Shown here: positions 1 to 13,199 of the stretch, piece after piece
How the letters are laid out: each line of letters begins with the position of its first letter
Position numbering within the stretch: position 1 is the stretch's first letter
Assembly (NCBI RefSeq): GCF_963921235.1
Contig: NC_086109.1
Span: forward strand, 3,164,001 to 3,228,000
Direction: 5' to 3'
Source of the DNA: Mobula hypostoma
Lineage: Eukaryota
DNA length: 64,000 nt
The notes under the pieces: model-generated
The model's input: the letters and a program-made list of their open reading frames with translations, nothing else
Databases searched by the model: none
Told to the model about the DNA's origin: nothing
Translations under genes and position numbers: made by a program

Positions 1-360
1 GCAAACACAAAAGAAAACAAAAAGGAATAACAATAATAAAATCAAGAACATGAGATGAAGAGTCCTTGAAAGTGAGTTCATAAGTCGTGGGAATATTTCA
101 GTGATGGGGCAAGTGAAGTTGACTGACGTTATCCCCTTTGGTTCAAGAGCCTGAAGATTGAGGGGTAATAACTGTTCCTGAACCTGGTAGTGTGGGTCCA
201 GCATGTCCTTGGTGGTGGGGGTCCCTGATGATGAATGCTGCTTTCCTCTGACAGCGCTCTATGTAGACATGCTCAATGGTAGAGAGGGCTTTACCCGAGG
301 CTGTATCCACTATTTTTGTAGGCTTTTTTGTTCAATGGTGCTTCCATACTGGAGCATGTC
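1..360 (-). mobile_element. Rex1/Babar-type LINE, degenerate 3' fragment
   Basis: Reverse complement resembles the 3' end of the Rex-type copy at 6560-7495 (accaccaggttcaggaacagttattacccctc motif). Confidence 0.55.
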
Positions 361-1626
361 CTGGGTGGTGGGTCTTCCTACTGATGGAATTCATGTTCCT
401 TTTCCAAGGAGGTGCATGAGAAAGGCATCATGATCAGACACTACACAGTGTGAGACTCTCTAAACCTTAAACACAGGAGCACTTGCAAGAATAGTGGTAC
501 ATCATTGACCACAGTGACAAACAAACATTGGGCGAGACTAACATTTTCTTGGAAAAGACAAAGATTATCCTGGTTGTTTTCAGAGTCCTGAAGTGAGGAA
601 CAGGATAAGCTTAGATAAAGTTTGTGTGAGGAACAGAAATCATTTTCTTGGCCGTGATCTATCCAATCTCCTACGAGCCTTCGATAGGTTTTCAGATAGG
701 ATGCTGCCCGACCTGCTGAGTTCCTCCAGCGTGTTGTGAGTGTTGATAGGTTTTCTGTTCTGTTTGGTCGGCCCCCTACGTCCAATGTGGGGAAACTTAA
801 GATTGTTGGTGTGATTTGTCCTGCCTACATGAAGATTAAAGCTCCCCCGTGATTATTGCTTTCACTCTGTTATAAGCCCCACTATTTCCAGTTGATATCC
901 CGCAAATATCCATACGGTTTGGGTCCCCACATTCTAATCCTCCAGTATTTGCCTCCCCTCGTTCAGTGCTCTCCTCCACCCAGGCCGAATGAATTTCCTG
1001 ATCTTTCCAATCGTGGACCTAGTCTCCTTGAATGTCTTCAGTTCCCCTGAATCACAACGGATTTCCATTAAGAGTTCCTCTTATAGCAGCTACTTGCTGT
1101 GATGTCACCTAATGTGAATTTATAAACTTTTTTAAAGATTATATTAATTTATTTCAAAATTTACAATAACTTTTTGATGTACCAGATTTCTCGGGTACAA
1201 CTGCAAGGCTTATAAAAATTTGTAAAGATAGCAACCACAGTCTCACTTCTGTCATTTACTTGTGATACCACACTCCTTGTACAGTCATCAGATTCTTGGT
1301 TTATACATTTGCCTTATCACATGTACCTTAATAAAGAAGCACAATTTGCACTGCCCTTTATAAATGTGAGGTTTGAGAAAACTTAGACACAATAGTTCTT
1401 TAAAGCATGAATAGCCAGTTTGCATCTGTGAAGGAAAATTGCCACAGAGTGCTGGAGATGTACTGCACAGATACCAATCCCACAGCCCACCAGGTCCGTA
1501 TCAACCTTTCTGTCAATCAGAATCAGGGTTAATATCACCGGTATGTGTTGTCAAATTTGTTAACTTTGCGGCAGCAGTACAACGCAATACATGCTATTAG
1601 AACAAAACTGTGAATTTTATATATAT

Positions 1627-2396
1627 GCAACATACATCAAAGTTGCTGGTGAACGCAGCAGGCCAGGCAGCATCTGTAGGAAGAGGTGCAGTCGACGTTT
1701 CAGGCCGAGACCCTTCGTCAGGACTAACTGAAGGAAGAGTGAGTAAGGGATTTGAAAGCTGGAGGGGGAGGGGGAGATGCAAAATGATAGGAGAAGACAG
1801 GAGGGGGAGGGATAGAGCCGAGAGCTGGACAGGTTTAATGGTCCAAAGAGGATACGAGAGGATCATGGGACAGGAGGTCCGGGAAGAAAGACAAGGGGTG
1901 GGGGGGTGACCCAGGGGATGGGCAAGAGGTATATTCAGAGGGACAGAGGGAGAAAAAGGAGAGTGAGAGAAAGAATGTGTGCATAAAAATGAGTAACAGA
2001 TGGGGTACGAGGGGGAGGTGGGGCCTTAGCGTAAGTTAGAGAAGTCAATGTTCATGCCATCAAGTTGGAGGCTACCCAGACGGAATATAAGGTGTTGTTC
2101 CTCCAACCTGAGTGTGGCTTCATCTTTACAGTAGAGGAGGCCGTGGATAGACATGTCAGAATGGGAATGGGATGTGGAATTAAAATGTGTGGCCACTGGG
2201 AGATCCTGCTTTCTCTGGCGGACAGAGAGTAGATGTTCAGCAAAGCGTTCTCCCAGTCTGCGTCGGGTCTCACCAATATATAAAAGGCCACATCGGGAGC
2301 ACCGGACGCAGTATATCACCCCAGTCGACTCACAGGTGAAGTGATGCCTCACCTGGAAGGACTGTTTGGGGCCCTGAATGATCAATTCCTGTTGTT
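1627..2396 (-). mobile_element. Penelope-like element (Neptune-type), 5'-truncated: GIY-YIG endonuclease C-terminus plus pseudo-LTR
   Basis: ORF 2026-2439 has VIYCVRCSRCGLLYIGET...RFAEH...EQHLIFRLGSLQ (GIY-YIG). 16-bp TSD tgaattttatatatat at 1611-1626 and 2397-2412. Confidence 0.9.
1689..1730 (-). ncRNA. Minimal type I hammerhead ribozyme motif in the Penelope pseudo-LTR
   Basis: Reverse complement reads AGTC-CTGACGA-A-GGG tctcgg CCT-GAAA-C-GTC-GACT: catalytic boxes, stem II, palindromic ACGU stem III and GUC cleavage triplet. Confidence 0.8.
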
Positions 2397-3284
2397 TGAA
2401 TTTTATATATATAATTGTTACATTAAATAAGCAGTACAAGAATAGAAATATAGAAGTAGTGAGATAGTGCTCATAGTTTCATTTAGAAATCGGATGGCAG
2501 AGGGGAAGAGGCCGCTCCTGAGTGCTGGGTCTGTGCCTTCATGCTCCTGTACCTCCTTCCTGATGGCATCAATGAGAAGAGGGTGATGGGATTCCTCAAT
2601 GATGGACGCTGCCTATTTGAAGCACAGCTCCTTGAAGTTGTCTTGGATGCTATGGAGGCTAGTGCCCATCATGATGGAGCTGATTAATTTTACAACTCTC
2701 TGCAGCTTACTTTGATCCCGTATAGTAGCCCGCCCATATCAGACAGTGATGCAGCCGGTTAGAATGCTCCCTACAGTACATCTGTAGAAATTTGCAAGTG
2801 TTTTAGATAACATACCAAATCTCCTCGAACTTCCAATGAAATGTAGCCACTATCTTGCCTTCCGTATGGCTGCATTGATAGGTTCGGACCAGGTTAGATC
2901 CTCAGAGTTATTAACACCCAGCAACTTGAAATTGTTCACTCTCTCCACTTCCGATCCCTCTATGATGACTAGTCTCTGTTCCCTGGTCTTACCCTTTCTG
3001 AAGAAACCTAAAGCAATAATTCTTTAAAATATGAATAGCCAGTTTGTATCTGTGAAGGAAAATTGTCACAGTCTTGGTGAGGTACAGTACTGTACAGATA
3101 CCAATCCCACAGCCCATCAGGTCCATATCAACCTTTCTGCCCATCTACTGTATACTAGTCCCATTTGCCCTCATTAAGACTATTTTCTCTGCTGCCTTCC
3201 CTAGTTTTAAGTCCAAATGCTTTATAAATATAGCAATTTTACCAATTCCACCATTGTCTCTGGCAGAGAGTCCCAAATATGCAA

Positions 3285-3773
3285 AGATATGCTGACATTA
3301 GAGAAGGTTCAAAGGAGTTTTACAAAAACGATTCAGGGCTTGAAAGGCTTGTCATATGAGGAGCATCTGATGGCTCTGGAACTCTACTCACTGGAGTTCA
3401 GAAGAATGGGGATGATGCCAATGAAACCTCTCAAACGTTGAAAGGCCTCGATAGAGTGGATGTGGAAAGGAGGTTTCCTATGGTGGGGCAGTCTAAAACC
3501 AAAAAACACAGCCTCAAAATGGAGGGGCATCCTTTTAGAACGGAAATGAGGAGCAATTTTTTTAGCCGAAAAGTGGTAGATCTATGGAATTCATTGCCAC
3601 AGGAGGCTGTGGAGGCCAAATTATTGGGTATATTTAAGGCAAAGGTTGATAGGGCATGAAGGGAGATGGGGAGAAGGCAGGAAATTGAGGATGAGAGGGA
3701 AAATAGATCAGCCATGATGAAATTTCAGAGCAGACTTGATGGGCCAAATGGCCTAATTCTGCTCCTATAGCTT
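3285..3773 (+). mobile_element. CR1 LINE 3' fragment
   Basis: LEKVQRSFTK..GLKGLSYEE..LYSLEFRR and KGLDRVDVERRFP..RSNFFSRKVVDLWNSLP motifs, followed by a CR1 3' UTR. Confidence 0.85.
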
Positions 3774-4540
3774 TGTCATAGTCCGGTCCGTGAAGTCCAT
3801 ATTCCGGTTCACGGTCCGGTCCATCAACCCTTGCTCCAGGTTTTCCTTTCTATCCTGCTTCTGTCCTTGTTGAGCTAACTGAGGCAGCTGATGCTCGTTG
3901 GGACTGGCTGCATAAATACCTTCAGAGACCAGGGCATGGTTGCTGGATTGTTCTTGTCCTTACTCCTTGTATCCCTTCCTCTGCCTTCTGTTTCCTCTCC
4001 TGAAGCCCTGCCTTGTCTTGCCTGCAGTCTTGTCCTGGAGCCACCCTGTTCCTAGCTCCCTTCCTGTCCCTTGCCTCCGCCCAGGTAAGCCAGGCCATCT
4101 CGCTGGTACCTGGGGTTGGTTCTGTCCCTTCCTGTCCCTTGCCTCTGTCGGGTGGTGATCTGCGCCCTGTCCAGGTGATCCGCGCCCTGCCCCGGAGGAG
4201 CCAAGTCTCATGTCTCCAGCCTCTAGCATGTAGACTCAAGCCTCCTGCCTGCAGCCTCGCCTCGTCTCAAGTCTCAAGTCTCGTCCCGCCTGCCTGCCAA
4301 GCCTCGTCCTTGTCTGGTTCTGGGGTCCGAGCCAGAGGCAAGACCCAGGTACTGGGTCCTTGTCCAGTCTCTGGTTCGGAGTCCAACCCCGGGCTCCTAG
4401 CTCCCTTGTTCAGTCCTGTTCCAGGTTCCTGGCTTTCCTGTCCATGTCCTTGCCATCGCCCTGTATCTTAGTCCTGTCCCTTGTACTTCAGTGTCTGTGT
4501 CTTGCACTTGGGTCTGTTCCCAGCCACCACCCTTATGACA
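3774..4540 (+). mobile_element. Solo LTR (Gypsy-like), inserted in a CR1 tail
   Basis: TGTCATA...TATGACA terminal inverted repeat; TATA-like cataaata at about 3911; splits the CR1 tail gctcctata..ttatggtcttatg; degenerate 5-bp TSD (agctt/atatt). Confidence 0.7.
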
Positions 4541-5115
4541 ATATTATGGTCTTATGTTCTTGTATCAATCACTGTTTGGTGAAAGCAGGAGGCTTTAATT
4601 GCCTCCTGCGCCATAAATAATGAAGGACTCACGGATGAACTAAGAACGTACATGACATGGTGAAACATATGGAACAAATTGATCAATGGTTTCACTGGGC
4701 TTCCCTCATCTGTTGAAGGCCACTGAGTCCAGCACAGTATGTGGGAAGTGGATGACGGAAAGGGAAGTCTGACAGACACTGATGGTGGATTCAGAGGTCC
4801 TTCTGCAAGCGAGGGTGAAGCAGGAAACGGTGAAGGGGATGAGGAAGTGAGATGAGATTCAAATGCAAGGAAGTTTACAGAGAGTGACACCTCCTTGGAT
4901 CGGTCACAGAGGCAGAGAGATGTACTGAGTTGTCACAGACGTTTGGGTCTTACATTTTGCTGCCAAACATAAACCACACATTCCAATCTGAATTAATTGC
5001 CTGCTTATCTCCATTGTGAGATCCAGCAGAGAGGTTTACAACTGCTTTACTAAACAGCATGAGTTTACTCATTCAAAGTTCAAAAGTTATTTATTATCAA
5101 AGTATCTACACAATA

Positions 5116-5420
5116 CGTGGCCAAGTGGTTGAGGCATTGGACTAACGACCTGAAGGTCGTGAGTTCGAGCCCCAGCCAAGGCAGCTTGTTGTGTCCTTGA
5201 GCAAGGCACTTAACCACACAGAGCTCTGCGACGACACCGGTGTCAAGCTGTATGGGTCCTAATGCCCTTCCCTTGGGCAACATTGGTGTCATGAAGAGGG
5301 GAGACTTGCAGCATGGGCAACTGCCAGTCTTCCATACAACCTTGCCCAGGCCTGTACCCTGGAGAGTGAAGACTTTCCAGGCGCAGATCCATGGTCTCAC
5401 AAGTCTAACGGATGCATTAT
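5116..5420 (+). mobile_element. tRNA-derived SINE with CORE-like middle and RTE-derived tail
   Basis: A box tggccaagtgg, B box gagttcgagccc, CORE-like tgtccttgagcaaggcacttaacc; tail identical over 30 nt to the RTE 3' UTR at 54850-54879; TSD acaata. Confidence 0.85.
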
Positions 5421-6559
5421 ACAATATACAGTCTTGAGATTCATCTCCTCACGGGCAACCACAGAACAAAGAAACCCAATAGAACCCATTGAAAGAAGAA
5501 GACTGACGATCACCCAATGTGCAGAAAAAGAACAAATCGTGCTAACAATAAAAGTAGGCAAGTAACAGTCAGGACTAAAATTCACGAATGTGAGATAGCA
5601 GCCACGAAGCCAGTCATCCATGCAGCCAGTGCAGGAGCCCTTTAGCTACAGGCCACAGGTTCAGTTCAGTGCAGAGATGAGTGAACCTTGCTGAACAGTG
5701 AGCTGAACAGGCCTGTCCCTTCCCTCTAGCCCTGACACCCCGACTTTTTTCAATTTGGCCCAGCGCTTAAATCATCAGCTCATTTCTCACTCTTGGGCCC
5801 AGGCCCCACCACTTCGCCTGGGATCTGCTGCTTTGACTCAGCTCCAAGTCCACTCCAGTAATGGCCAAACATTGGCTTGTTCCTTGCTCTCCGGCACCAC
5901 CAACTCGATTTGGCCCTGACACGTCATGCTGCAGCCATACTGCGCCTTCACACCACAAAAATGCCAGGTCACACTGGCTCGACTCTGCAGTAATTGTTGA
6001 CCAGAAAATGTGTGATTAATACAGTAGTTACTAGCTTTGTTTGCTGCCAGTAAGGCGTCACTGCGTTTCACCACTGCCATCTGCTGTATTACATGTTACA
6101 CCTTATATATTGCATTACTTTTATTGCTCTAGTGAAATGTTTTTTGGGGATTTGCAGCTGTTTCTGGAATATATCAGATGAACATTTAAAGTGTATGGTA
6201 TCGTAATATTCTCATGCAAATCCTCTCATTTAGTTGATGGTTCTATAAGTTCAATTTTTTTTTAACTGATCACTTCATCTACTGGAAGCCAGTGTTACTT
6301 ACAGAAACGCTTTGGCCTGTTAGCTTTAAAGCAAAATATTTCATCGAGGGCAGACCGTTAACAACGCAGAGTCAAAAAAGCGACGGCATTGCATTCACCC
6401 CATCTATACCCCTCATAAATTTTTATACCTCTTACGCTTCAGAGAATGAAATGCTAAACTATTCAACCTTTCCCTGATATTCAGGTACCCATTGAGTTAC
6501 ACACAGAGCAGGAGGCACTTTGCTCGTCAGGCTGTCTGAACTTCATACTGCCTGAATTA

Positions 6560-7495
6560 CGTGTGGTTAAGCACAGCTTCGACACCATTTACAAGTTTGC
6601 TGATGACACCGCTGCTGTGGGCTGTTTGAAAGGTGGGGATGAATCAGCATACAGGAGCGAGACTGTAAATCTGGCTGAGTGGTGTAATAACAACAACCTC
6701 TCACTCATGTCAAAAAGACCAAAGAAGTGATTGTAGATTTCAGGAGAAGGAAATCAGAGGCTCATGAGCCGGTAATCATCAGAGGATCAGAGGTGGGGAG
6801 GGTCAGTAACTTTAAATTCCTGAGGGTTACTATCTCAGAGGACCTGTCCTGGACCCATTATATAAACATAATTGTGAAGAAAGCACAGCAGTGCCTCTAC
6901 TTCCTCAAGAGTCTGCGGAGATTCGACATGTCATCGAAAACATTGGCAAACTTCCATAGATGCATGGTGGAAAGTGTGCTGACTGGCTGCATCACAGCCT
7001 GGTATGGGAACACCAAAACCTTTGAGCGGAAAATCCTACAAAAGGTACTGGATTCAGCCCAGTACATCACAGGTAAAACCCTCCCAACCATTGAGCGCAT
7101 CTACATGAAATGTTGCCATGGAAAAGTAGCATCCATCATCAAAGATCCTCACCACCCAGTCCATGCTCTTTACTTGCTGCTGCCATCAGGTAGAAGGTAC
7201 AAGACCCTCAGGACTCTCACCACCAGGTTCAAGAACAGTTACTACCCCTCAACCATCAGGCTCTTGAACAAAAAGGGATAACTCAACTCGTTTAGAGACT
7301 CTTTCTTCTTGTTATTTCATGCTTGTTATTTATTGTGATTTATATATATCTGCATTTCCACAGTTTGTTGCCCATTGATCCCGTTTGCAGTTACTGTTCT
7401 ATAGATTTAAGTAGGCCCACAGAAAAAGAATCTCAGGGTTGTATGTGGTGACATGTATGTATCCTGATAATAAATTTTACTTTGAACTTTGAAGT
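6560..7495 (+). mobile_element. Rex1/Babar-type LINE, 5'-truncated (RT C-terminus plus 3' UTR)
   Basis: KFADD at about 6593; ORF 6727-7281 MIVDFRR..FKFLRV..KKAQQCLYFL..LPSGRRY..RFKNSYYPSTIRLLN; aataaa followed by a (ttgaac)-type tail. Confidence 0.85.
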
Positions 7496-7789
7496 TAATA
7501 TAAACTGTCAGAAAACATGGCAGCACATCCCCATCATGCATTGAATGCACTCACTAGTCCATTGTAGGATGTCTTCTACACTACATGCCTGTCTCACTAT
7601 CAGTCCTCATTTCTGACTCTCCAACAGTGATACTGAGGACAGCCTCATGGTGCAGGCATGGCTACATATAAGGAACGCTTCTGATCCTGCCAATAAACGT
7701 AGCTCTGTATAACTGAGTTTTTGTTCAGGAAATTTTCAGTGCAAAGTTTTATGGAAGGATGGGTTGAATTGTTCTCCAAACTTAGCAGT

Positions 7790-8165
7790 TAATTTGCAAA
7801 CATTTTGTCATCATACGAGGGGACAGAACAGTGTGTCATTAATTTGTGGTGTGTCCTCTGAGTGCTTGGCATTTCTATATATCAGCTTGTTGGTCGTCAT
7901 CATGGAAACTCAGTTGTGATACAGGGGGCAGGGCTCACTGCTGATTGGTTGTGTGGCGAACTCTCTGCATTGTGGTCTGCAATTTTGCTCTCAATGGCTT
8001 ACAAATAGGATCAAGGTCTACTGGGCTGTTCACAGAATTGTTTGCATAAACCGTGCTTCTGGGAATTCTCTTGCATGCCGCATGTTTGCCTGCGCCATGA
8101 CTTCCACTGATGCCCCCTCGAAGTTGTGCCCCTCTCGATCTCCGTGGGTAGAAACTAGAACAGCT
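7790..8165 (-). mobile_element. Penelope-like element (Poseidon/Penelope-type), degenerate 3' fragment
   Basis: Minus-strand translation across frames gives HNF..AQANMRHAREFPEA..NSPVDLDPICKPLR, matching the GIY-YIG C-terminus (HAREFLEAW...IDLDPIY). Confidence 0.65.
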
Positions 8166-9354
8166 CACCCCAACCATCCAGCACCTGAGCTACACATTTC
8201 CTAAATTATTTCCATTTATGGAAGGCCAGACTGGCTCGGTAACCGTGAGTGTGGTGAGAGTTTATAACACATTTCATACAGCACGCGGCATTTTCGGTCA
8301 GGATCGTGTACGGCCTGTAGGATTCTACAACAACGCCTATTTTAAAGCTTCAGTAATGGAGCTGCAATCATAGGGTCTTGGTCCTGATTAGTGAGATGGA
8401 ACAAACTGAATATTCTACTGCACAAAGCGAATGAACTAAAATCCAATTAAATCACCTCATAAAATGTAGTTGTAGCGTCACCAACTTCATTAAAGGAAAG
8501 GAAATGAAATAAAGCAGATTGCTGTTGGGATGTCTGTTCTGCAGAAAGGGAGCAGCTCCAGGGAGAGAACCCTTCTTGCTCCCCGACTCTCACTGAATGT
8601 GGATCCTTTCCAAATGGCCCCAGTCCAATTTGGAAAGGTAGGGTAAGGGCTAGAGTGTGGCGGTGGGGTCCAGGACCAGAGCACCTTGATACAACAGTGC
8701 CTGGGTCCTAGGGCAAAGGATAACCGGATGTCTGGACGAGGGGCCAGAAGGATTGGAAGACCGGGTCGGGACTGGAGGCAAGGGTGCTCACTGCTCTGTG
8801 ATGCTTACTCCGCTCTTCACTGTACTGATACTGAGGCTCTGGATCTGCTCCAGCTGCTCTGGGCTTCGTGTCTGAGGGCTCACTCTCGTTCTAAATACTA
8901 TTTGCTTACCATTATTGTTTGCAAAATCTGTTTTTTTCTCTCTCTGCACATTGGGTGTTTGTCAGATATTTTTAATGGGTTCTTTTGTGTTTGTCATTTT
9001 GTGGCTGTCTGTGAGGAGATGAATCTCAAGGTTGTACAATACATAAATACTTTGATAATAAATGTACTTTGAACTTCAAGAGCACTGCAGATTGATGGAT
9101 TTTGGATTGGTGTGGAGAGCACTTTCATGGTGTTATTATATGTGATGGATGTCACAACAGCTGTGTGAACAACAGTTCTGAATCCACAAAAGCAGATCTC
9201 ACTGTCCTGGAGCTTGTAAACATGTCTCCACAGGCATGTGCTTTCTCGGCCAGTGAAACAGGTGCCTCCAAGACAAAGAACATGGCTGAGGCCTGTCCCC
9301 AACAATCCTCTCCAATAATTTCCCAATCGCTGATATAAGGGTTCTCCTACCACT

Positions 9355-9800
9355 GCTTTGCAACCCTCTGCACCTTCCTTCAACCCCGTGTAGTGCCACC
9401 CCCTTACCAGATGGTGATGCAACAAGTTAGAATGCTCTCCCCAGCACATCTGTAGAAATTTGCTCGTCTTTGGTGACGTATCAGATCTCTTCAAACTCCT
9501 AATGAAATATAGCCGCTGCTGTGTCTTTTTCATAGTTGCATCAATATGTTGAGCCCAGGTTCAGAGGTTTTGTCACCCAGGAACTTTCAATGAGGACTTG
9601 TGTGTGTTCCCTCAACCTTCCCTACCTGAACTCCGCAATTCCTTGTTCCTAATCAATCCCTTACAGGCTGTTTACGTTTGTGACAGCACTCAACAAGCTG
9701 ATCTATCTCACTCCTGGATGCATCCTTGTCACCATCTGAGATTCTGCCAATAGCAAATGTGTCATTGACAAATTTATAGATAGCATTTGGGCTGTGTCCA
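9355..9800 (-). mobile_element. Rex1/Babar-type LINE fragment
   Basis: MKKTQQRLYFIRSLKR motif; similar to the 6560-7495 copy. Confidence 0.7.
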
Positions 9801-10814
9801 CATGTGTATCAATTAGACATCATGAAAACAGTAGGGTGTGTAATGCATGTGTAAACAGCCAGAGACTGTGCCTTCCTCTGTAACGGGCAGGGCATAGTAT
9901 TTACTGGCTGATCCCCTGTGGTATTGCTCAAGAATCCAGGTATATCGTGATTATTTTACTTCTTCAGCAGGTTCATAGAATGTTATAGCACACAAGAAGA
10001 CCCTTTGGCTCTTCATGCTGCCTCTTGTCCCATCCAGTCACCTCAAAGGAAGAATCAATCATGGTTTGACCATTGTTGGATGCATCAAATGTTCTGATGT
10101 GGTAGCTTTTAAAATACAAGGCTTCACAGCTATAATATGCCATGCTGTGAGTGTTTTGCTGAACTGTGAATATATATCTAACAAAGCAATTTACTCGCAA
10201 ATGTTTACAAACTAAATTTTACTGCTCTTTCAGCTTCCACATTGGTTAGGGAGACACTGTGAAAGTGTGAAGAATTTTGTGATGCTGCTTTCCCTTTTCC
10301 TTGGAACTTGGCTTTGGTTGTGTGTCAAGGTTAAGAAATAGGAGGGGACTTGGGCCATTTGGTTCCTTGATCTAACCACAGTAGATCTTTCACCTTAGCA
10401 ACAATTTCCTGCACTAGATTCACTTAATATCCAAAACATCAAGTGACCCCTGTCCTGGACAGACAATGATCAGCTATCCTCGGCCCGCTTGGGTAGATAG
10501 CTCCAAACATTAGTCAAATTTCTCTATTATCATGAACAACCAAAGCTTTATTATGGAACTGCTCCCTGTCCGAGTTAGCCCTATATCCACCTTATCAAAG
10601 CCTATATTGATTTCGTTCATTCTGATGAAATGAATAATTTTACACAGTATGAAGAGAATCATTGGGATGGATTTGTAGTCTGTGCAGCCCTTCAGGGAGT
10701 TTTTCATCCCTGCAGTCAGTTCTTCAGGACTGTGACCTTCGGCAATCACCATGATGAGTGCTGGTGACATGAGAACTCCTCCCTGCTTGCTCCCTAAAAC
10801 TAGTCAGAGCAAAC

Positions 10815-11230
10815 ATCAGAATCAGGTATAATATCACTGGCATATGACGTGAAATCTGTTGCCATGTGGCAGTCATATATTGAAATTCATAATAATAAAA
10901 CACTACAAATTACAGTAAGTATATATATATATATTTAAAAAAGTAAATTAGATAAGTAGTGCAAAAAGAGAATAAAAAAGTAGTGAGGTAGTGGTCATGG
11001 GTTCAATGTCCATTTAGAAATCAATGGCAGAGGGGAAGAAGCTGTTCCTGAATCATTGAGTGTGTGCCTTCAGGCTTCTGTATCTCTTCCCTGACGATAG
11101 CAGTGAGAAGAGGGCATATCCTGGGAGATGGGGGTCCTTAATGATGGATGCCGCCTTTTAGAGGCATCGCTCCTTTAAGATGCCCTGGATGCTGGGGAGG
11201 CTGGAGACCATGATGGAGATGACAGAGTTT
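10815..11230 (-). mobile_element. Rex1/Babar-type LINE 3' end
   Basis: (aatcag) tail and cagaggggaagaagctgttcctgaa motif shared with the copies at 2490 and 57145. Confidence 0.7.
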
Positions 11231-12273
11231 ACATCACACGGAAGAAGAAACACTTTCCTGAGAAAGAAGATTGTTCTTTGCAAGGAGTAGATCGATGAGA
11301 CTCGGCATGGATTCGATGATCCAAAGGGACTGCTTCTATGCCACAGTGCTCTGTGACTCTGTGCCCGCGGTGCTGCTTTATAAACTCTCAAAAGGTACGT
11401 CTGAATTTCCAAAAGCTTCACTCTCCTGAGAAAGCTCCAGTTTAACCAAAATTGCACGAGGGTGTAGCTGTGTGTTCGCCTCTCTCATCTGTTTATGGTG
11501 AAACAAGAATTAACCCCCATGTGAGAGCAGGGTAGAAAGAGTTAACTGTAAGCACCCTGTGATATTCAGGGAAGGAATTAGCAGAGGCTTTCAGAGAAAT
11601 TTGAGATCGCTGCAGTGCATGGAAATGATGGGTTCCCATCTGTTGTCACTGAGGCTGCTTTTGAAGACACAACTGCCAACATGTCTGGAGTATGTCACCT
11701 GACAGCTGACAACCATCGCACCCAGGACAATAAAATTTATCACGTTTTAAAATTTCTCAACTACTAATTAGGCATTTCCAGTGAAATCACAGCTAGGCTC
11801 TGTTAAACAGCTTGGAGAAATAAGGATTGGTGTCGACAATTTTATATTGCAGTGCAGGTTCTTCGTGATTGACCTCAGATGCATGGCACCTTCTGTCCCT
11901 TTCTCTTGGGCAGCTGACCAGTATCTGAACAAGCTTACATTATGCTTGGGTGTACGGGGTGTCCAGGGAAAGGCAGCATATCTGGTCAAGGGGCTTGTAG
12001 TGTTTATTCAGGGGCAGCTGACTCGCCTGTGGGCCTCACTGAACACTCAGTTCTCACCTGTGGCTCCAAGTAGCTGTTTGCATACGTCAGCAGCCACACC
12101 CCAGTACACCGCTTCAACAGACAGACAAAACCAGGTGAGGGTAGCTGGCAGCCTCCTACTCTGGTGAGCCAGGAACATGCCTGTCCTAGCATTCGAAGTC
12201 AGCTCCGGAAGACTGGGTGGGTGAGATCCACACACAAAATACTGGTGGAACGCAGCAAGCCAGGCAGCATCTA

Positions 12274-12315
12274 CAGTCAACGTTTCGGGCCGAGACCCTT
12301 CGTCAGGACTAACTG
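12274..12315 (-). ncRNA. Minimal hammerhead ribozyme motif (GUU triplet)
   Basis: Reverse complement AGTC-CTGACGA-A-GGG tctcgg CCC-GAAA-C-GTT-GACT. Confidence 0.75.
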
Positions 12316-12538
12316 AAGGAAGAGTGAGTAAGGGATTTGAAAGTGGGAGGGGGAGGGGGAGATCCGAAATGATAGGAGAAGACAGGAGGGAGAGGGATGG
12401 AGCCAAGAGCTGGACAGGTGATTGGCAAAAGGGATATGAGAGGATCATGGGACAGGAGGCCCGGGGAGAAAGACAAAGGGGGGGAGCCCAGAGGATGGGC
12501 AAGGAGTTATAGTGAGAGGGACAGAGAGAGAGAAATAA

Positions 12539-12573
<35 letters not shown>

Positions 12574-13199
12574 GGGATGGGGTACGAAGGGGAGGTGGGG
12601 CATTAACAGAAGTTTGAGAAGTCGATGTTCATGCCATCAAGTCGGAGGCTACCCAGACGGAATATAAGGTGCTGTTCCTCCAACCTGAGTGTGGCTTCAT
12701 CTTTACAGTAGACTCTGTCCGCCAGAGAAAGCAGGATCTCCAAGTGGCCACATATTTTAATTCCACGTCCCATTTCCATTCTGATATGTCTATCCACGGC
12801 CTCCTCGACTGTAAAGATGAAGCCACACTCAGGTTGGAGGAACACCTTATATTTCGTCTGGGTAGCCTCCAACCTGATGGCATGAACATTGACCTCTCTA
12901 ACTTCCGCTAATGCCCCACCTCCCCTTCGTACCACATCTGTTATTTATTTATTTATTAATTATTATTATTAATTTTTTTCTCTCTCTCCTTTTTCTCCCT
13001 CTGTCCATCTCACTATACCCCTTGCCCATCCTCTGGGCTTCCCCCCTCCCCCTTTCTTTCCATCCCATGATCCTCTCATATCCCTTTTGCCAATCACCTG
13101 TCCAGCTCTTGGCTCCATCCCTCCCCCTCCTGTCTTCTCCTATCATTTCGGATCTCCCCCTCCCCCTCCCACTTTCAAATCTCTTACTAGCTCTTCCTT

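Larger units (their letters stand above)
1515..3003 (-). mobile_element. Rex1/Babar-type LINE 3' fragment, interrupted by a Penelope-like element
   Basis: (aatcag)n tail at about 1515; 2460-3003 matches the other Rex-type ORF2 C-termini in the window (FKLLGV, RIALTGCITVW-like segments). Confidence 0.7.

Noticed and set aside
770..1070. Possible L1/Tx1 ORF2 remnant on the minus strand
   Set aside because: Similarity is too weak to support by eye.
3922..4620. Several overlapping 70-150 aa ORFs
   Set aside because: They lie within a solo LTR with low-complexity internal repeats.
5116..5180. tRNA gene
   Set aside because: tRNA-like head continues into a SINE body and tail with a TSD; a second copy exists at 22290-22593.
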